A stretch of DNA of 62,934 nucleotides, counting the filler, from Sphacelaria rigidula (lineage: Eukaryota), in assembly GCA_964200075.2 (NCBI GenBank). It is 4 parts of 4 records of this genome, joined end to end, with 100 filler letters (N's around TTAATTAATTAA, not from the genome) between each part and the next. Parts side by side here need not be neighbours in the genome. Positions count along the whole stretch, not along the records: positions 47,283 to 62,934 come from CAXNAA020001659.1; 3 more parts are not named here. One strand, 5' to 3'. Each line of letters opens with the position of its first letter. Position 1 is the stretch's first letter. Made by a program: the position numbers and the translations under genes. Positions 60,301 to 62,934 of the stretch are shown piece after piece. Under the pieces are notes generated by a model. The model searched no databases. It had not been told where the DNA came from and saw only the letters and a program-made list of their open reading frames with translations.

Positions 60301-61489
60301 GCATGAGTGGCGCACTTCCGCCCTTCCGCGTCATCTTTAGCCCGGTCGACAGGTGTCTCTGCTCTCCCGTTCGCCTCCACGCAGCTAGGATTACTACGTA
60401 GTGAACCTTTCTCGGGAAGGACTGTCCTTTCTCAAAACATGCACACGCACACACAGAGGCACGTGCACACTTGTGCCACAGACAGTACAGTACAGAACAC
60501 TTACTACAGACAGTGCAACAGTATCACTCTCAACTGTCAAACCTTGTACTATAACAGTGCTGTACCACACACCGACGGGTGCAGGACTTGTGAATGACCG
60601 GCGGGCGCCGAGGTGCACTGCCTGTGTGCCCAATGCTGTGTACTGTGCCCGAGTTCGTACCCGGAAGCTGTATTGACGATACTGCTGTCGCGTATTCAAC
60701 GGTACAGCACAAACAACTGTTGTCATGTCACGATAGGACAGGGGATATGTTGGGCCACTGATTCCACGAAATTCAACTTCGAATCATTGTTGTAAGCAGC
60801 AACGATCGTCCGAACGCGCGTGTTACCGATAAGTAACGCTCATTGATACTACTTGACACCGTTTTACCCAAATACGAGCGCACGGCGAGTTTGTCAGGAT
60901 GTCTGAAACACCTATGAGTCCCTTTTCCCTGGAATCAAACACCCAACCTATCGCAGCACGCCTCTGTACATGCTCTTCCGCGCTGTACGGGTAGCACCGC
61001 ATGGGTGGGCGCAGAGTAGAAACGCAGAACAGCACGACGCGACTTTTGCCTCCTCAACTTGCGATACCCGCCACGTGGCATTCGGAACAGAATATACTGA
61101 ACCCTGTAAAGTTAGCCACGGTCCACACCTACCGCGTAATCAAAAACAAAAAGTCTGGGGTTTAAGCGTAGACAATCCAGCCGTTTCTCGCTTATCCCTG
61201 AGTCCTGTAGTTTTTTCCCGAAACTCTCTGATATATGTTGGTCGTGCAAAATGTCTTCGCCCACACTGCCCCAATATATGATGACGGGGCAATATGGGTG
61301 CAATCCCATGGTACCAACATACGTTGGGCGGGCAATATGTATGCATGCAATGACACCGATATGTATTGGGCGCGGAATACGTGTGTAGTCCAGGGGTACC
61401 GATGTATATTAGGCCGCCAGTATATTGCAATATTTTAATATGATCGACTAGTATATATTGGGAACATTTTTTATTGTCCGGCGTGTGAA
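57389..61489 (+). mobile_element. ~4.1-kb ATATATTG-rich non-autonomous TIR element with nested insertion
   Basis: TIRs TTCACACCCTGGACAATA (57389) and TATTGTCCGGCGTGTGAA (61489); colinear with the reverse complement of 31595-32980 apart from extra blocks at ~58610-59600 and 59733-61230. Confidence 0.75.
59733..61230. mobile_element. Nested hAT-like non-autonomous element (~1.5 kb)
   Basis: TIRs TAGAGAGTTTCGGAAACAAAAAAC / GTTTTTTCCCGAAACTCTCTG (YAGNG-type ends); absent from the homologous copy near 31645-31670; TSD not evident. Confidence 0.6.
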
Positions 61490-62605
61490 AACGTGCGGAA
61501 AGGTTGCTATAAGCCGGCAGATGTTCACGGCGTGCACACGTGGGGACACTAGAGCAAGATACGGTCGTTTGCACAGATGCTCGCCGAATGATATTTTGCG
61601 TGGACTGACGTGTGTGCTGCGCTGTATCACAGCGACTTATGATGCGTGCTTTGTCCCCTGGGAACATTCTGCCCACCAAATCTCGGGCTCGCTGAATGAA
61701 ATCTTGAGAGGTATTGGAACTAGCAGAATTGTCCATGTGCACGGCATGCTTTCACTTGACCATTTATCAACTCCGCGAAAATGTCACATGATCATCCGTG
61801 AACGGGACGAGAACAGCGAACATGCCACATGACCACCTTGCAATAGGGCAACAGTGTCAATGACCATCATACGACCGCTTCACGATTGAGGAGACGTGGA
61901 AAAGACAAGGAACATTTGACACCCTGGGCAGTAGGTGGCCAGTTGTCGGAATAGGCTGTATACTTCATGTGGTACACTTCACTTCCGTTGCAGATATTGA
62001 CCACCTAATGTCCGGTGTGTGACAAATGCCGGACGTGTGGACAAGTACCGATTACCCGTTACGTACGCGAATCCGATCCGTCCTGCCAGGTGCGTAGCAA
62101 TAGTAGATACAGCACACGAACGTTAAAAGCGCGCGGAAAAATGATACAGTCAGAAGTTAAATGTTCCCATCACGAGGGGGAACGCCGATGCACGAGGAAC
62201 ATAGCGTCCGTGTACGAACCTTGCGAGCCGGAATGACAAATCATACTTCCAAAACTTCCAAAAGCGCATACCCAGTCCTTCTTGGTGTTCGCCGATGAAT
62301 TTGTTCAAGTACGAGGGATGAAAACTATGGATCTTGCGTTCCAACAGTCAGCAGGAGGCGGGTTGACCGGAGTTGGGCTACATTCTATCCATGGTTGACA
62401 CATTGTACAACGATCGTCAACCGTAACCCGAACGCCACCCGGAGGCATACCGAGAACACTCGGGCACGGGAAGTACATAGTGTTTTCCCAAGCAAAGCGT
62501 GCGTTGGTAAACCTCAAATCGGGGCCTGTGGGGCTACGAGACTGTCAAGCCCTCCAAACATCCAAATCTCGTTGTCCCACTCAAATCGAGAAATATCATA
62601 TCGTA

Positions 62606-62934
62606 GCAGCGCCCCGGTTGTGTAATGGCCCGACTGTCGCCATTAGAGTGGAGAGAACGAGGGTTCGATTCCCGATGCGTTGGCCTTTTTCTTCGTGCCG
62701 TCAGATTTCCACCGTAGAAAGAGTGAGAACGTGAGTTAACAAAGTAGTCGACTGAGTTTGTTCGATGTGAGTTGACGCGGTGAGGGAGTGTCGACCCAAT
62801 GCGCGAAATCAAAATAAAAGGCGTGTACCGGGGGAGGGATGGGAAAATCCCTGGAGACCACGGACTCGTCCCGAGGGGGGGGGTGTAGTCATGATCATGC
62901 ATGCCATAGTTATAACACCATTGACCTCGCATCC
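62606..62934 (+). mobile_element. tRNA-derived SINE (runs to contig end)
   Basis: A-box-like TTGTGTAATGG (62618-62628), B-box GGTTCGATTCC (62662-62672), body homologous to 11481-11858, G-run plus family B tail at 62875-62934. Confidence 0.82.

Noticed and set aside
62611-62685. Functional tRNA gene (also 11785-11856)
   Set aside because: A and B boxes are present but acceptor and anticodon stems do not pair properly; these are SINE heads.

Overview
Eukaryotic, intron-rich, repeat-rich DNA, most likely a brown alga (Phaeophyceae). This taxon is inferred from an EsV-1-7 repeat gene, a spliced GH88 gene and TTAGGG tracts. The window is not one locus: three identical 100-nt N spacers containing TTAATTAATTAA separate four pieces of 15664, 15662, 15656 and 15652 nt, which look like size-sorted unrelated contigs. 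Contig 1 holds a head-to-head pair of spliced low-complexity genes, a tandem foldback MITE dimer, a piggyBac-like MITE and a tRNA-derived SINE. Contig 2 holds two copies of an element with internal 82-bp repeats, a spliced coiled-coil/disordered/ubiquitin-like gene and hAT-like elements. Contig 3 holds a decayed chromodomain Ty3/Gypsy element and the 3' seven exons of a GH88 gene with an unrecognised C-terminal domain. Contig 4 holds an uninterrupted ORF with 12 intact plus 2 degenerate 38-aa EsV-1-7 C3H repeats whose variation sits at a few positions, two Mutator-like transposase relics, a deleted Gypsy with its 3' LTR, a nested 4.1-kb TIR element and a second SINE. Exon models were built by hand from GT/AG sites and phase consistency; no database searches were run.
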